Origin: Alphaproteobacteria bacterium
GTDB taxonomy: Bacteria; Pseudomonadota; Alphaproteobacteria; UBA7887
Direction of reading: 5' to 3'
Length of the DNA stretch: 64,000 bases
Assembly (NCBI GenBank): GCA_965214495.1
Contig: OZ243958.1
Location: 2,338,831-2,402,830, forward strand
The position numbers and the translations under genes were made by a program. Below, one piece after another: positions 1 through 9,814 of the stretch. Numbering within the stretch: the first letter of the stretch is position 1; every line of letters begins with the position of its first letter. A model generated the notes under the pieces. The model searched no databases and was not told where the DNA came from. It saw only the letters and a list, made by a program, of their open reading frames with translations.

Positions 1-230
1 TCGGCGGTCTGTTACGCGCCTTCCGTTACGGTGCGCCCCCGCATGGCGGCATCGCGCCGGGCATCGACCGCATCGTCATGCTGCTGGCGCGCGAGCCGAA
101 CATCCGCGAGGTCATCCTGTTTCCGATGAACCAGCAGGCCGAAGACCTGCTGATGGGCGCGCCGGGGGAGGTTCCCGACGACCGGCTTCGCGAACTCCAC
201 ATCCGCCGCGCCCCGCCTCCCCGGAAGTAG
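1..230 (+). CDS. aspS: aspartate--tRNA ligase, C-terminal fragment (5' part lies outside window)
   Basis: Frame 3 translates to ...[46 protein letters not shown]..., the conserved class II AspRS C-terminal motif. Stop TAG at 228-230. Confidence 0.85.
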   Translation, partial: GGLLRAFRYGAPPHGGIAPGIDRIVMLLAREPNIREVILFPMNQQAEDLLMGAPGEVPDDRLRELHIRRAPPPRK

Positions 231-239
231 CGACGGGAC

Positions 240-3200
240 TCACGAACAGCCGCTAGTACCGCCGCAGGTATCGCACTTCAGGCAGGCGCCGTTGCGGACC
301 AGCGTGAAATTGCCGCACTCCGTGCACGGATCGCCCTCATAGCCCTTGATGCGCGCCGCCGCGGCCCGGGTGGGAAGAACCGCAGCCGCCGGCGCAGCGG
401 TTTCATCGGCCGCCCCGCCGGCGGCGACCTGAAGCCGGCGGCGCACGAAGCCCGTGCTGACGTTCGGGGAAACCGCATCCGCGCCCGGATCTTCCTTGCC
501 CCGGCCCACCGCGTCAGGCAGCAGATCGTCGGGCCGGACATGGGCGAGATCGTCGCGGTCGAGATACGAAACCGCCAGTTCACGAAACACGTAATCGATG
601 ATCGACGTCGCCATGCGGATGCGGTCGTTGCCCGTGACCACGCCGGACGGCTCGAAACGCACGAAGGTGAACGCATCGACGAACTCGTCGAGCGGCACAC
701 CGTATTGCAGGCCGATGGAGATCGCGATGGCGAAATTGTTCATCAGGCTGCGGAACGCCGCGCCCTCCTTGTGCAGGTCGAGGAAGATCTCCCCCAGCTG
801 ACCGTCGTCATATTCGCCGGTGCGCAGATAGACCTTGTGGCCGCCGACCGTCGCCTTCTGCGTATAACCCTTGCGGCGATGCGGCAGGCGCGCGCGCTCC
901 TTCACGATCTCGCGGACGATCTCCCGCACCACCGGCCGGTGCGGCGTTTCCGTCTCTTCGTCTTCGGCCTCGGCCTCGCCGCCGCCGAAGAGCGCCGTGT
1001 TCAGCGGCTGGCTCAGCTTCGAGCCGTCGCGGTAGAGCGCGTTCGCCTTCAGGCCCAGCCGCCACGACAACAGATAGGCTTCGCGGCAATCCTCGACCGT
1101 CGCCGCGTTCGGCATGTTGATCGTCTTCGAGATGGCGCCCGACACGAAGGGTTGCGCGGCAGCCACCATGCGGATGTGCGCCCGCCAGTCGAGCGCGCGT
1201 GTGCCGCGCGGCCCGCACGGAGTCGCACAGTCGAATACCGGCAAATGCCGTTCTTGCAGGTGCGGCGCACCTTCCAGGCTCATCGCGCCGCAGCACCAGG
1301 CATTCGCGGCCTCGATTTCCGCCTCGCCGAAACCCAGCGCGGCGAGCGCGTCGAACCCGGGGTCGTCCAGACGCGCCGCGTCGATGCCGAGCGTTTCGAC
1401 GCAGAACGCTTCGCCGAGGGTCCAACGGTTGAAGGCATAGCGGATGTCGAAAGCGTCTCGGAGCGCCGCCTCGACCCGCGCGATTGCCGCGTCGTCGAAG
1501 CCTTTCTCCCTCAGGCGCGCGTGGTTGACGCCGGGCGCGCCGTCGAGCGTGCCTTTGCCCACGGCATGATCGACGATAGCGGCAATCTCCGCTTCGCCGT
1601 AGCCGAGCGCCGCCAGCGCCGACGGTACCGAGCGGTTGATGATCTTGAAGTAACCGCCGCCCGCGAGCTTCTTGAACTTGACCAGCGCGAAGTCGGGTTC
1701 GATCCCGGTGGTGTCGCAGTCCATCACCAGCCCGATGGTGCCGGTCGGCGCGATCGCCGTCGTCTGGGCGTTGCGGAAGCCATGCGTTTCGCCGAGCGCG
1801 AGTGCCTCGTCCCACGCCCGCGCCGCCGCCGCCACGAGGCCGGGGACCGGGCAGCGCTTCGAGTCGAGCGGCGCCGGAGCCGTGTGCAGCGCCTCGTAGC
1901 CTGCCGTCTCGCCGTGCGCCGCGCGCCGGTGGTTGCGGACCACCCGCAGCATCGAGCCGCGGTTGGCCGCCCAGGCCGGAAAACTGCCGCGCGATTCAGC
2001 CATCTCGGCCGAGGTCCGATAGGCGACCCCGGTCATCAGCGCAGTCAGCGCGCCGCACAGCGCTCGCCCGGCGTCGCTGTCATAGGGCAGGCCCGAAGCC
2101 ATCAGCAGGCCGCCGAGATTCGCGTAGCCGAGGCCGAGAGTGCGGAACGCCCACGATCGCTCGGCGATTTCGCGCGACGGGTATTGCGCCATCGCTACCG
2201 AGATTTCGAGCACGATCGTCCACAGCCGCGCTGCGTGGCAAAACCCGTCGATGTCGAACCCGCCGTCGGCCCCACGAAACGCGAGCAGGTTGAGCGAGGC
2301 AAGATTGCACGCCGTATCGTCGAGGAACATGTATTCCGAGCACGGGTTCGAGGCCCGGATGCGCCCCGATTCGGGGCAGGTGTGCCAGTCGTTGATAGTG
2401 GTGTCGAACTGGATGCCAGGGTCCGCGGACTGCCACGCCGCGACCGCCATCCGGTCCCACAACGCGCGCGCATCGACGGTTTCGGCGGCCGCGCCGTCGG
2501 TACGGCGCGTCAGTTGCCAGGGTTCGCCCGCAAGCGCCGCGCGCATGAAGTCGTCGGTCACGCGCACCGTGTTGTTGGCGTTCTGGCCGGAGACGGTGCG
2601 ATAGGCCTCCGAGTCCCAGTCGGTATCGTAAGTCGGGAACGCCATTTCGGCGTAGCCCTGGCGCGCGAACTGGAGTGCGCGCTGGATGCACGCTTCGGGA
2701 ACCTGCGCCCGGCGCGCGGTGCGAATCGCCTTGCGAAGCACCGGGTTGTCCGCCGGATCGCAGCGCGCCGCGCCGTCGGCCCGGCAGGCGCGCATGATCG
2801 CGTTGAGGGTGCGTTCGACGAGTTTCGAACCGGCGACCAGCGCCGCCACTTTCTGCTCTTCGAGCGCCTTCCAGTCGATGAACGCGCCGATGTCGGGGTG
2901 GTCGATGTCGACGACGACCATTTTCGCCGCCCGCCGCGTGGTCCCGCCGGACTTGATCGCGCCGGCGGCGCGGTCGCCGATCTTGAGGAAGCTCATCAGC
3001 CCCGACGACCGCCCCCCACCCGACAGCGGCTCGTTCTCGCCCCGAATGTTGGAGAAGTTGGAGCCGGTGCCGGAGCCGTATTTGAACAGCCGCGCCTCGC
3101 GCACCCACAGGTCCATGATGCCGCCGTCGCCCACCAGGTCGTCGGCGACGCTCTGGATGAAGCAGGCGTGCGGTTGCGGGCGCTCATAGGCCGAAGTCGA

Positions 3201-3749
3201 GCCAACGGTCTCGCCGGTGGCCTCATCGACGTAGTAGTGGCCCTGCGCCGGGCCGTCGATGCCGTAGGCCCAGTGCAGACCGGTGTTGAACCATTGCGGA
3301 CTGTTCGGCGCCGCTATCTGGCGGGCGAGCATGGAGCCGAGCTCGTCGCGGAACGCGCGCGCGTCGGCCTCGCCGTCGAAACAACCGCCCTTCCAGCCCC
3401 AATACGTCCAGGTCCCGGCGAGCCGGTCGAAAACCTCGCGGGCGCTGCGCTCGCCGTGTTCGGGCGAATCGGGCACGGCGCGGCGCCGCCACAGCCACTC
3501 CGGAACGCCGTCTTCGGGAACGGGTTCGGTAACTTCGGGCACGCCCGCTTTGCGGAAGTATTTCTGCGCCAGGATATCGACGGCGGTCTGCGACCAGTCG
3601 GCGGGCGCTTCAATGTCGTCGCGCCGATGGACGACCGATCCGTCGGGGTTGCGAATTTCGCTGGTCGCGCTCCGGAACGCGATGTCGGAGTAGGCCGAAG
3701 CGTTGCCACTGGTAAAAAAGCGCTCCACTCGCATGACCGAGACCACCAT
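240..3749 (-). CDS. nrdJ: class II adenosylcobalamin-dependent ribonucleoside-diphosphate reductase (long form)
   Basis: 1169-aa ORF with hallmark class II RNR segments ([23 protein letters not shown]-terminal Cys-rich [24 protein letters not shown] tail). A second in-frame ATG lies 5 codons downstream, so the start is ambiguous. Confidence 0.93.
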   Translation of the reverse strand: MVVSVMRVERFFTSGNASAYSDIAFRSATSEIRNPDGSVVHRRDDIEAPADWSQTAVDILAQKYFRKAGVPEVTEPVPEDGVPEWLWRRRAVPDSPEHGERSAREVFDRLAGTWTYWGWKGGCFDGEADARAFRDELGSMLARQIAAPNSPQWFNTGLHWAYGIDGPAQGHYYVDEATGETVGSTSAYERPQPHACFIQSVADDLVGDGGIMDLWVREARLFKYGSGTGSNFSNIRGENEPLSGGGRSSGLMSFLKIGDRAAGAIKSGGTTRRAAKMVVVDIDHPDIGAFIDWKALEEQKVAALVAGSKLVERTLNAIMRACRADGAARCDPADNPVLRKAIRTARRAQVPEACIQRALQFARQGYAEMAFPTYDTDWDSEAYRTVSGQNANNTVRVTDDFMRAALAGEPWQLTRRTDGAAAETVDARALWDRMAVAAWQSADPGIQFDTTINDWHTCPESGRIRASNPCSEYMFLDDTACNLASLNLLAFRGADGGFDIDGFCHAARLWTIVLEISVAMAQYPSREIAERSWAFRTLGLGYANLGGLLMASGLPYDSDAGRALCGALTALMTGVAYRTSAEMAESRGSFPAWAANRGSMLRVVRNHRRAAHGETAGYEALHTAPAPLDSKRCPVPGLVAAAARAWDEALALGETHGFRNAQTTAIAPTGTIGLVMDCDTTGIEPDFALVKFKKLAGGGYFKIINRSVPSALAALGYGEAEIAAIVDHAVGKGTLDGAPGVNHARLREKGFDDAAIARVEAALRDAFDIRYAFNRWTLGEAFCVETLGIDAARLDDPGFDALAALGFGEAEIEAANAWCCGAMSLEGAPHLQERHLPVFDCATPCGPRGTRALDWRAHIRMVAAAQPFVSGAISKTINMPNAATVEDCREAYLLSWRLGLKANALYRDGSKLSQPLNTALFGGGEAEAEDEETETPHRPVVREIVREIVKERARLPHRRKGYTQKATVGGHKVYLRTGEYDDGQLGEIFLDLHKEGAAFRSLMNNFAIAISIGLQYGVPLDEFVDAFTFVRFEPSGVVTGNDRIRMATSIIDYVFRELAVSYLDRDDLAHVRPDDLLPDAVGRGKEDPGADAVSPNVSTGFVRRRLQVAAGGAADETAAPAAAVLPTRAAAARIKGYEGDPCTECGNFTLVRNGACLKCDTCGGTSGCS

Positions 3750-3777
3750 ATGTTGTGCTTAAGTGTTTCCGCAATAC

Positions 3778-3795
3778 CCCTCGGTCGCGACCGAG
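3778..3795 (-). terminator. candidate hairpin downstream of aminotransferase gene
   Basis: Perfect 18-nt palindrome CCTCGGTCGCGACCGAGG in the 93-bp gap between the convergent/tandem genes. No U-tract, which is common in high-GC genomes. Confidence 0.3.
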
Positions 3796-3842
3796 GCTGA
3801 AAGTTCGAAACCAGGACCAGGCTTGGCGGTTCGAAACCGGCG

Positions 3843-5042
3843 CTACGGGGCGCGGGGAGGCGGGACCGAGCGGCCGAGCCATTCGACCGCCGCCTGAACG
3901 CCGCCGCGCCCGTGCGGGACGCCCAAGGCGATCAAACCCATCTCCACCGCGCCCAACACGCCGAGAATCATCGGCGCGTTCACGTGACCCATATGCGCGA
4001 TTCGGAACGCCGAATTGCTGAGTTCCCCGATGCCGAACCCGAGCGTGACGTTGCACCGGTTGTCGCAATAGCGCCGCAGCGCCTCGGGCTCGTGGCCCGC
4101 GGCGAGGCGCACCGTGGTCACCGAATCGGCACGCTGTTCGGGCTCGGTCACATTGAACGTCAGCGCACCGCCCTCGGCCCAGGCGCCGACGGCGCGGCGC
4201 ACCGCTTCGGCGAGCAGCCGGTGGCGACGGAACACCGCCTCCAGCCCTTCCGCGAGGATCATATCGAGCGCCGCACGCAGGCCGAACAACAGATGCTCCG
4301 GCGGCGTGCCGCAATACTTCATGTAGTGCTCGTCGCCGCCGCGCGCCGTCCAGTCCCAGTAGCGTGTGCGCAGGCCGGCGGTCTTGTGCGCGGCGAGCGC
4401 TCGCGGGCCGGCGGCCGCGAAGCTCAGGCCGGGCGTCATCATCAGGCCCTTCTGCGAGCCGCCGACCGCCACGTCGACACCCCAGTCGTCCATCTCGAAC
4501 GGCATGGTGGCGAGCGAGGCGATGGCATCGACCATCAGCAGCGCCGGGTGCCCGGCCGCTTCGATGGCGCGGCGGATGGCGGGAACGTCGTTGACGACCC
4601 CCGATGCGGTATCGACCTGAACCATCAGCACCGCCTTGATCGCGCCTGCGGCGTCCGCACGCAGGCGGGCTTCGACGGCGCCCGGATCGACGGCGCGGCT
4701 CCACGAGCCGGGCAGCGTTTCGACCGCCACGCCGAGCGGCTTCGCCATCTCGCCCCAGCCGCCGGCGAAGCGGCCGCTTTCCAGCACCAGCACCCGGTCG
4801 CCCCGCGACAGGGTGTTGACCAGCGCCGCTTCCCACGCGCCGTGGCCGTTGGCAGCGTAGATGTAGCAGCGCCCGCTTGTGCGAAAGATCGCGGCGAGGT
4901 CGGCACGCAGGCTATCGGTCATCGCCACCAGCGGGCCGGCATAGATGTCGATCGCCGGCGCGTGCATCGCCCGTAGTACCGCCTCGGGCACCACGGTCGG
5001 GCCCGGGATGGCGAGAAAGTCGCGGCCGTTGCGAACGGTCAT
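3843..5042 (-). CDS. class V aminotransferase (serine--glyoxylate / alanine--glyoxylate aminotransferase family)
   Basis: 399-aa ORF with the class V PLP-fold layout (GGSQKGLMMTPGLS lysine region, N-terminal FLAIPGPTVVPEAVLRAM). Confidence 0.85.
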   Translation of the reverse strand: MTVRNGRDFLAIPGPTVVPEAVLRAMHAPAIDIYAGPLVAMTDSLRADLAAIFRTSGRCYIYAANGHGAWEAALVNTLSRGDRVLVLESGRFAGGWGEMAKPLGVAVETLPGSWSRAVDPGAVEARLRADAAGAIKAVLMVQVDTASGVVNDVPAIRRAIEAAGHPALLMVDAIASLATMPFEMDDWGVDVAVGGSQKGLMMTPGLSFAAAGPRALAAHKTAGLRTRYWDWTARGGDEHYMKYCGTPPEHLLFGLRAALDMILAEGLEAVFRRHRLLAEAVRRAVGAWAEGGALTFNVTEPEQRADSVTTVRLAAGHEPEALRRYCDNRCNVTLGFGIGELSNSAFRIAHMGHVNAPMILGVLGAVEMGLIALGVPHGRGGVQAAVEWLGRSVPPPRAP

Positions 5043-5628
5043 GGGCGGTTCACCCGCGCTCGGCGCCGCCGTCCCGGCGCCAGACTGAGGCTATCGCCTC
5101 CTTATCCGCCGCGCCACCGAACCCGCCGGCACGCGCGCTCCTGCTCGTTCATACCCTGCATCCATCGGTGCAGCGCGGCCACGCCGGCGCCCCGGCGACC
5201 GGTTGCGTCGAAGCGGAGCGCGCGGCCGTCCGGGCGGGGATTTCCACTCGGCCCGCCGTCCGGCCGGTAGCCGGCGAGGCATCTCGACCCGTGAAAGACG
5301 ACGAGGGCGGCGTCAGGATCTTCGCGGGCGCGGATTGTGTCCTTCTCGCCGCGGTGTTGGCCAGCGGCGGAGGAAGGGCCACCCCCACAGGCGGGGCGCG
5401 CACGACACAGGTCGGCGACTCGTCGACGTCTTGTGCGTCGTGATCCGCCCCCGAACATGCTTCCAGCAAAACTTCGATACCCCGCTTGCCAGGAACATCA
5501 GGCGGCCTTCCCGTCGGGACACGCAACCGGACGACGCGTCGGCGGCCCGGGCCGGACAGATCCTGCGCTGGAGACGCATCGGCGGAAAATCGTTTGCTCT
5601 GCTGGCGGTCTTCGCCCACAATGACCTC

Positions 5629-5901
5629 ATGATAGTCGCAAAATCCATCGTCGCAGCGGCCACCGGGCTGTTGACCTATGTCGGCGCGGGCTGCTTCTCG
5701 CCGACGATTCTGGAGGATGACGGCCAGGTGGTGATCCTGCGCTACGGGCCGTGGGCCACCGTGTCCGAAATCGGCGCCAAAGCCGAAAGCATCTGCGCCT
5801 CGTATGACCGGGAGGCCGAACTGGTCGTCGACGTGGAGTCGCTGGCGGAGCCGCACTTCCGCGAAGCGACGTTCGCGTGCGTCGACCTCGGGACTACGTG
5901 A
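5629..5901 (+). CDS. hypothetical small protein
   Basis: Internal ATG of a 232-aa high-GC ORF. The MIVAKSIVAAATG... part has lower local GC and plausible codon usage. No recognisable family. Confidence 0.25.
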   Translation: MIVAKSIVAAATGLLTYVGAGCFSPTILEDDGQVVILRYGPWATVSEIGAKAESICASYDREAELVVDVESLAEPHFREATFACVDLGTT

Positions 5902-6349
5902 CCGCTGACGCGAGGGCTGCGCCGAAGCGGCGGTCGGACCGTCCGGTGAGATAGTCGATCCTCGACACGCGGGCAGCGGCTCTGCCTGCGACAATTCCAT
6001 AACGAGCGTCCGAACACTCGCTCGTCCCGCCAAGATAAGCGCCCAACGGGTTCCAACCCGGTTCCACCCTGCGTCACGAACCGACGATGCCGCCGCCCTC
6101 CCACCTGATGGCGACCGTGGCGCCGCTCGGGATCGTCACTGGATCCTGACCCGCAATCTTCACCCGGCGGCGAACCCATCGATGAACGCGCGAAAACCCG
6201 TCATCGGAACAGGATCGAAACATTCTCCCCATCTATGGCCGACGCCAGAGTGGGTGTTCGTGTCCTGTCCCTACCCGCGCCTTCTTGATGCGTGTAGGGA
6301 CCACCGGGACGGTCGCATCCGCACTCATGCGAAGCCGTGACCGAGCGTT

Positions 6350-6596
6350 TCTCCCCATGTCGGGGGCACGCCTCAGTCCTTCGAGGGAAAGCTCCGGCCC
6401 CAGCAGCGCAAAGGCCCACTCGGCATAGAGCGGCTCTGCGACACCGCCATCGACCAGCAGGCCGATTAAGCGGCAGAAATGCCGCGATGCCGACCCCCTC
6501 CGCCAAGGCCGCCACCGTGAACGACACCAGCACCAGCGCGCTGCGCCCCGGATAGGCCGCAAGGAAGTATTTTGACAGTCCGATAGCCCGTCTCAT
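6350..6596 (-). pseudogene. N-terminal remnant of an MsbA/NdvA-like ABC exporter (frameshifted, truncated after ~80 aa)
   Basis: MRRAIGLSKYFLAAYPGRSALVLVSFTVAALAEGVGIAAFLPL then a frame switch to ...IGLLVDGGVAEPLYAEWAFALLGPELSLEGL. Together these are the canonical first TM segment of ABC exporter permease/ATPase fusions. No TMD or NBD follows. Confidence 0.45.
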
Positions 6597-6744
6597 ATTG
6601 CTGCCGGACCCGTGTTCACGAGAGGCTCAATTCGCAGATCGCAGGCATCCAATGCTCCGCCGGAACGGAAGAACGAATCCGGTTCCCCAACTCAAGCGCA
6701 TGGTTGCGATGACCGCCGGGAGAAGGAGGGTGGCGAGCGCTTGC

Positions 6745-7797
6745 TCACGACCCGCAACCGCCCTGGGCTTGCAGCCGTTCGCCGATGACGCCCATTACCC
6801 GCACCGTTTCAAGGCGGTCTTCGGCCGCGGCGACCGGAGGCAGGCCGCTGGCGCTGCGCTCGACGAACCCTGCGATGGGCCGGTCATGGGTCTTGCGGAA
6901 GCGGCCCGCGAGATAGCCGGCGCCGTTGGCGACGGCGCCCGAGGCGATCTGGGCAGCCTCGCCCAAAGCGGAAAGGCCGATCCCCGCGGGAGAACGGTTC
7001 GCCCGCTTGTAGTTCACCAGCACCTTGCTCTGCATGTCAATCTTCAGCACGCCGTCCGCGCCCCACAACTCCACCATGTAGGCGGAATGCCTGCTTGTAT
7101 AGGTCAGCACGACGCTGCAGGCTGCGCGCTCGCCCGCCAGTTCCAGGTGGTAGTCGTCGAAAGGCGACCAGGGGTATTGGGACAGGACCTTCCGGCCCCG
7201 GACCCGCACCTCCCGGATGGGGCCGACGAACGACCGGGCCAGATACACTACATGAGGGCCGGTCTCGCCTATCGACCCGCCGGGCAGCCGATGGGCGAAG
7301 TGGTCCGGGTCCGTCATCCACAGGGCGACGGGGGTGGAATAGAAGACCCGCATCCCCGTGAAGTCGCCGATGTCGCCGCGCGCGATCCGCCGGCGAGCCT
7401 CGACAACCGATGGGTGGCACAGGTCCGTATGGGCCACTTCCACCCGGCCCCGGGATGCCCGCTGGGCCTCGACGATCCTCTCGCACTCCTCCGCATTTAC
7501 GGCCAGAGGCTTCTCGATCAGGACCTGCGCATCCGCCTGCAAGGCCGCTACCGCCAGACCGGCGTGAGCGCCGGGCGGCGTGCAAATATCGACGAAGTCG
7601 GGACGCTCCCTCTCCAGCATCTGCCGCGCGTTGGCATAAGCCGCTGGAACTCCGAATTGCCGGCTCACCGCCTCGGCGCGGGAGCGGTCGATATCGCAGA
7701 CGGCGACGACCCTCACCTTGCGGCACAGCCGGCGCCAAGCCGGGAGGTGTTTATCGGTCGATATGAACCCGGCGCCTATGATGGCCGCTCTATACAT
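6745..7797 (-). CDS. Gfo/Idh/MocA family NAD(P)-dependent oxidoreductase (sugar dehydrogenase-like)
   Basis: N-terminal Rossmann MYRAAIIGAGFIS...HLPAW, then the EKP motif (VLIEKPLA) and C-terminal alpha/beta domain. Typical of sugar-nucleotide dehydrogenases in polysaccharide loci. Confidence 0.85.
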   Translation of the reverse strand: MYRAAIIGAGFISTDKHLPAWRRLCRKVRVVAVCDIDRSRAEAVSRQFGVPAAYANARQMLERERPDFVDICTPPGAHAGLAVAALQADAQVLIEKPLAVNAEECERIVEAQRASRGRVEVAHTDLCHPSVVEARRRIARGDIGDFTGMRVFYSTPVALWMTDPDHFAHRLPGGSIGETGPHVVYLARSFVGPIREVRVRGRKVLSQYPWSPFDDYHLELAGERAACSVVLTYTSRHSAYMVELWGADGVLKIDMQSKVLVNYKRANRSPAGIGLSALGEAAQIASGAVANGAGYLAGRFRKTHDRPIAGFVERSASGLPPVAAAEDRLETVRVMGVIGERLQAQGGCGS

Positions 7798-7872
7798 CCG
7801 CCGGCATCCCCGGCCCGCCCGGATAGAGCAGGCGGCTACGCAGACGCCACAGCTTGTTCCGCATGAGTGCGG

Positions 7873-8886
7873 TCACACGCCGTCCGCGCCCGCCGGGCCA
7901 TTCCGCCGGAACGGAAGAAGGAAGAAGCCGGTTCCCCAGCTCAGGTGCATGGTTGCGAGGACCGCCGGGAGGAGGAGCGCGGCGGGCTCGCGGCGGTGGA
8001 TGCCGACCGTCAGGGATCCGATCGTCAGGACGAAGAGCCAGGCAAGCGGCAGCGCCGCCGCCGCCTCCCAGGGGGCCCCGGCCGGAGCCAGGAGCGCCGA
8101 GACCGCCAGACCCGACACCAACAGCGGGGCGGCGAGATGCCGGAGCCGCAGCGACGCGGGGTGCTGCCGCAGCACCGACCTCTTCATCCGTCCGTAGTTG
8201 AAATATTGCCTGGCCAAGGCGCGCAGCGTGCCGCGGGGCTGGTATTCGACCGCGAGCTCGGGATCGAACCACACCGTCTCCCCGCGCCGCCGCAGCCGGT
8301 AGTTGATTTCGTAGTCCTCGTTGCCAGACAGGGCGACGTTGTAACTGCCCGCCGCCTCCAACGCTTCGCGTCGATAGACGCCAAGGTAGACGGTGTCGAC
8401 CGGCCCCGCGGGGCCGCCGAGCCGATAACGCGCGTCGCCTGCCCCGAGCGGCGTGGTCATCGCGACCGCCACCGCCCGCTCGAAGAACGTGGTCCCGACC
8501 GACCGTTGCCGGCCGCCCACATTCGCGGCCTCCGTTCCGTGAAGCGTCTCGACGGCGCGGCGCAGATATCCGGGCGGGAAAAACGAATGGGCGTCGCAAC
8601 GCGCGATCACACGCCCCTTTGCGATCCGCAGCGCTGCAACGATGCCGGGGATGTGCAACCTGTCGGGGTTGGGAATCAGCTTCACCGACGGGTAGAGCCG
8701 TCGAACGATCTCGGCGGTCGCGGGCGTGTCGGAGCCGTCGGCGACAACGATCTCCACCGGGCCCGCATAGTCCTGGGACAGCGCCGCATCGAGAGCCTTC
8801 GCGATGGTCGCTTCGGCGTTGCGGGCCGGTATGATAACCGACACTAGGGGGAGGCGAGTCGCGGCGGCTGCAACAGGCTGCTTCAT
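7873..8886 (-). CDS. family 2 glycosyltransferase with C-terminal membrane anchor
   Basis: LVSVIIPARNAEATIAKALDAALSQ...EIVVADGSDTPAT... (GT-A fold with a DGS-type motif) and hydrophobic helices at the C-terminus. Start set at the MKQ Met. The ORF track extends it to 8991. Confidence 0.85.
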   Translation of the reverse strand: MKQPVAAAATRLPLVSVIIPARNAEATIAKALDAALSQDYAGPVEIVVADGSDTPATAEIVRRLYPSVKLIPNPDRLHIPGIVAALRIAKGRVIARCDAHSFFPPGYLRRAVETLHGTEAANVGGRQRSVGTTFFERAVAVAMTTPLGAGDARYRLGGPAGPVDTVYLGVYRREALEAAGSYNVALSGNEDYEINYRLRRRGETVWFDPELAVEYQPRGTLRALARQYFNYGRMKRSVLRQHPASLRLRHLAAPLLVSGLAVSALLAPAGAPWEAAAALPLAWLFVLTIGSLTVGIHRREPAALLLPAVLATMHLSWGTGFFLLPFRRNGPAGADGV

Positions 8887-9595
8887 GCGATGATTTTGGA
8901 CATACCCTCTCGACTTGTCACGTCGTCTCGCTTCATACGGGGCGCGCTCCGAAAAGTCATTCGCCGGAGCACACTGCGCTGTTCGCGCCATGTTCTCGAT
9001 CGGCGGGTTCCTTCACCCCTTCCGGAGGGAGAACATTCACGGTCTCCACCGCGACCGTCAAACGAGACGGGCCGGCCGGCGTCTAGAGGCCCGGACGCCG
9101 CTTTGCGAAGACGGCGCCGACGGCGAACAGGAGTTCGCGCACTGGCGGTGGCGATACGCTCGCCGCCGCCCAATATCCTGCATACTAAGGCAAGACCGCC
9201 GATCCTTGGGGGTGGGCGTCGCGTGAAACTTATGCGGGCCGACCGCATGATCGTAACTGAGAGCGCCGGGTCGATACCAACACGGCGCCGACAACAACGG
9301 TAACCGCGAGGCCGCGCAGGATGACAGGGGCTCGGGCTCTCCCGCAGGCCGTCGGTGTTGGGCTTGAGGGCAACGCCGAGCGCTGCGACGGTCCTGCCCA
9401 AGGCGTTACGCCGCCGGCCTGCGCGACTTTTGTGATCGTCCCGGTCCCGGCCTTGCGCCCGCCGTTGCTGCGCAGCGCCGTCTTGACTATGCTGCATGGT
9501 GCGCCGGCTTCCTCGGCGATGCAGGCGAAGAACTTCGCCGTTTCCCTGAGAAAGCAGGAGCCGCTGAAGCCAGGCCCTGCATGCAGGAAATACCG

Positions 9596-9631
9596 CCCAA
9601 TGCGATTGTCGAACCCAATGCGATTGTCGAA
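9596..9631. repeat. perfect 18-bp tandem duplication (CCCAATGCGATTGTCGAA x2)
   Basis: Seen directly in the long GT2 / LRR-Wzy intergenic region. Confidence 0.7.
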
Positions 9632-9814
9632 CCCGATTCCCCTGGCGACTCCCGAGACATCGGCGTTCTCGTTGACAAAGGCAATCTCGGGTCGCAACGG
9701 CGGTATAGCCGTCAAGCGTATCGGCGGCCTCAAAGTTCATGGAACAGGTAGGGGCCGCATCAACCGTTCCCGGACTTCATCCTGCAGCACAACTGCCACG
9801 GCCGATAGAAGCAA

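Noticed and set aside
3744-3757. Palindrome-like CACCATATGTTGTG (CACAACATATGGTG on the coding strand) resembling an NrdR box at nrdJ
   Set aside because: Single copy. Overlaps the annotated start codon rather than a promoter. The match to the 16-bp NrdR consensus is only partial.
540-3800. 1086-aa plus-strand ORF overlapping nrdJ
   Set aside because: Antisense to an unmistakable class II RNR. Arg/Ala-rich nonsense translation typical of the opposite strand of GC-rich genes.
6598-7866. 422-aa plus-strand ORF
   Set aside because: Entirely antisense to the well-supported Gfo/Idh/MocA oxidoreductase gene. No recognisable motifs.
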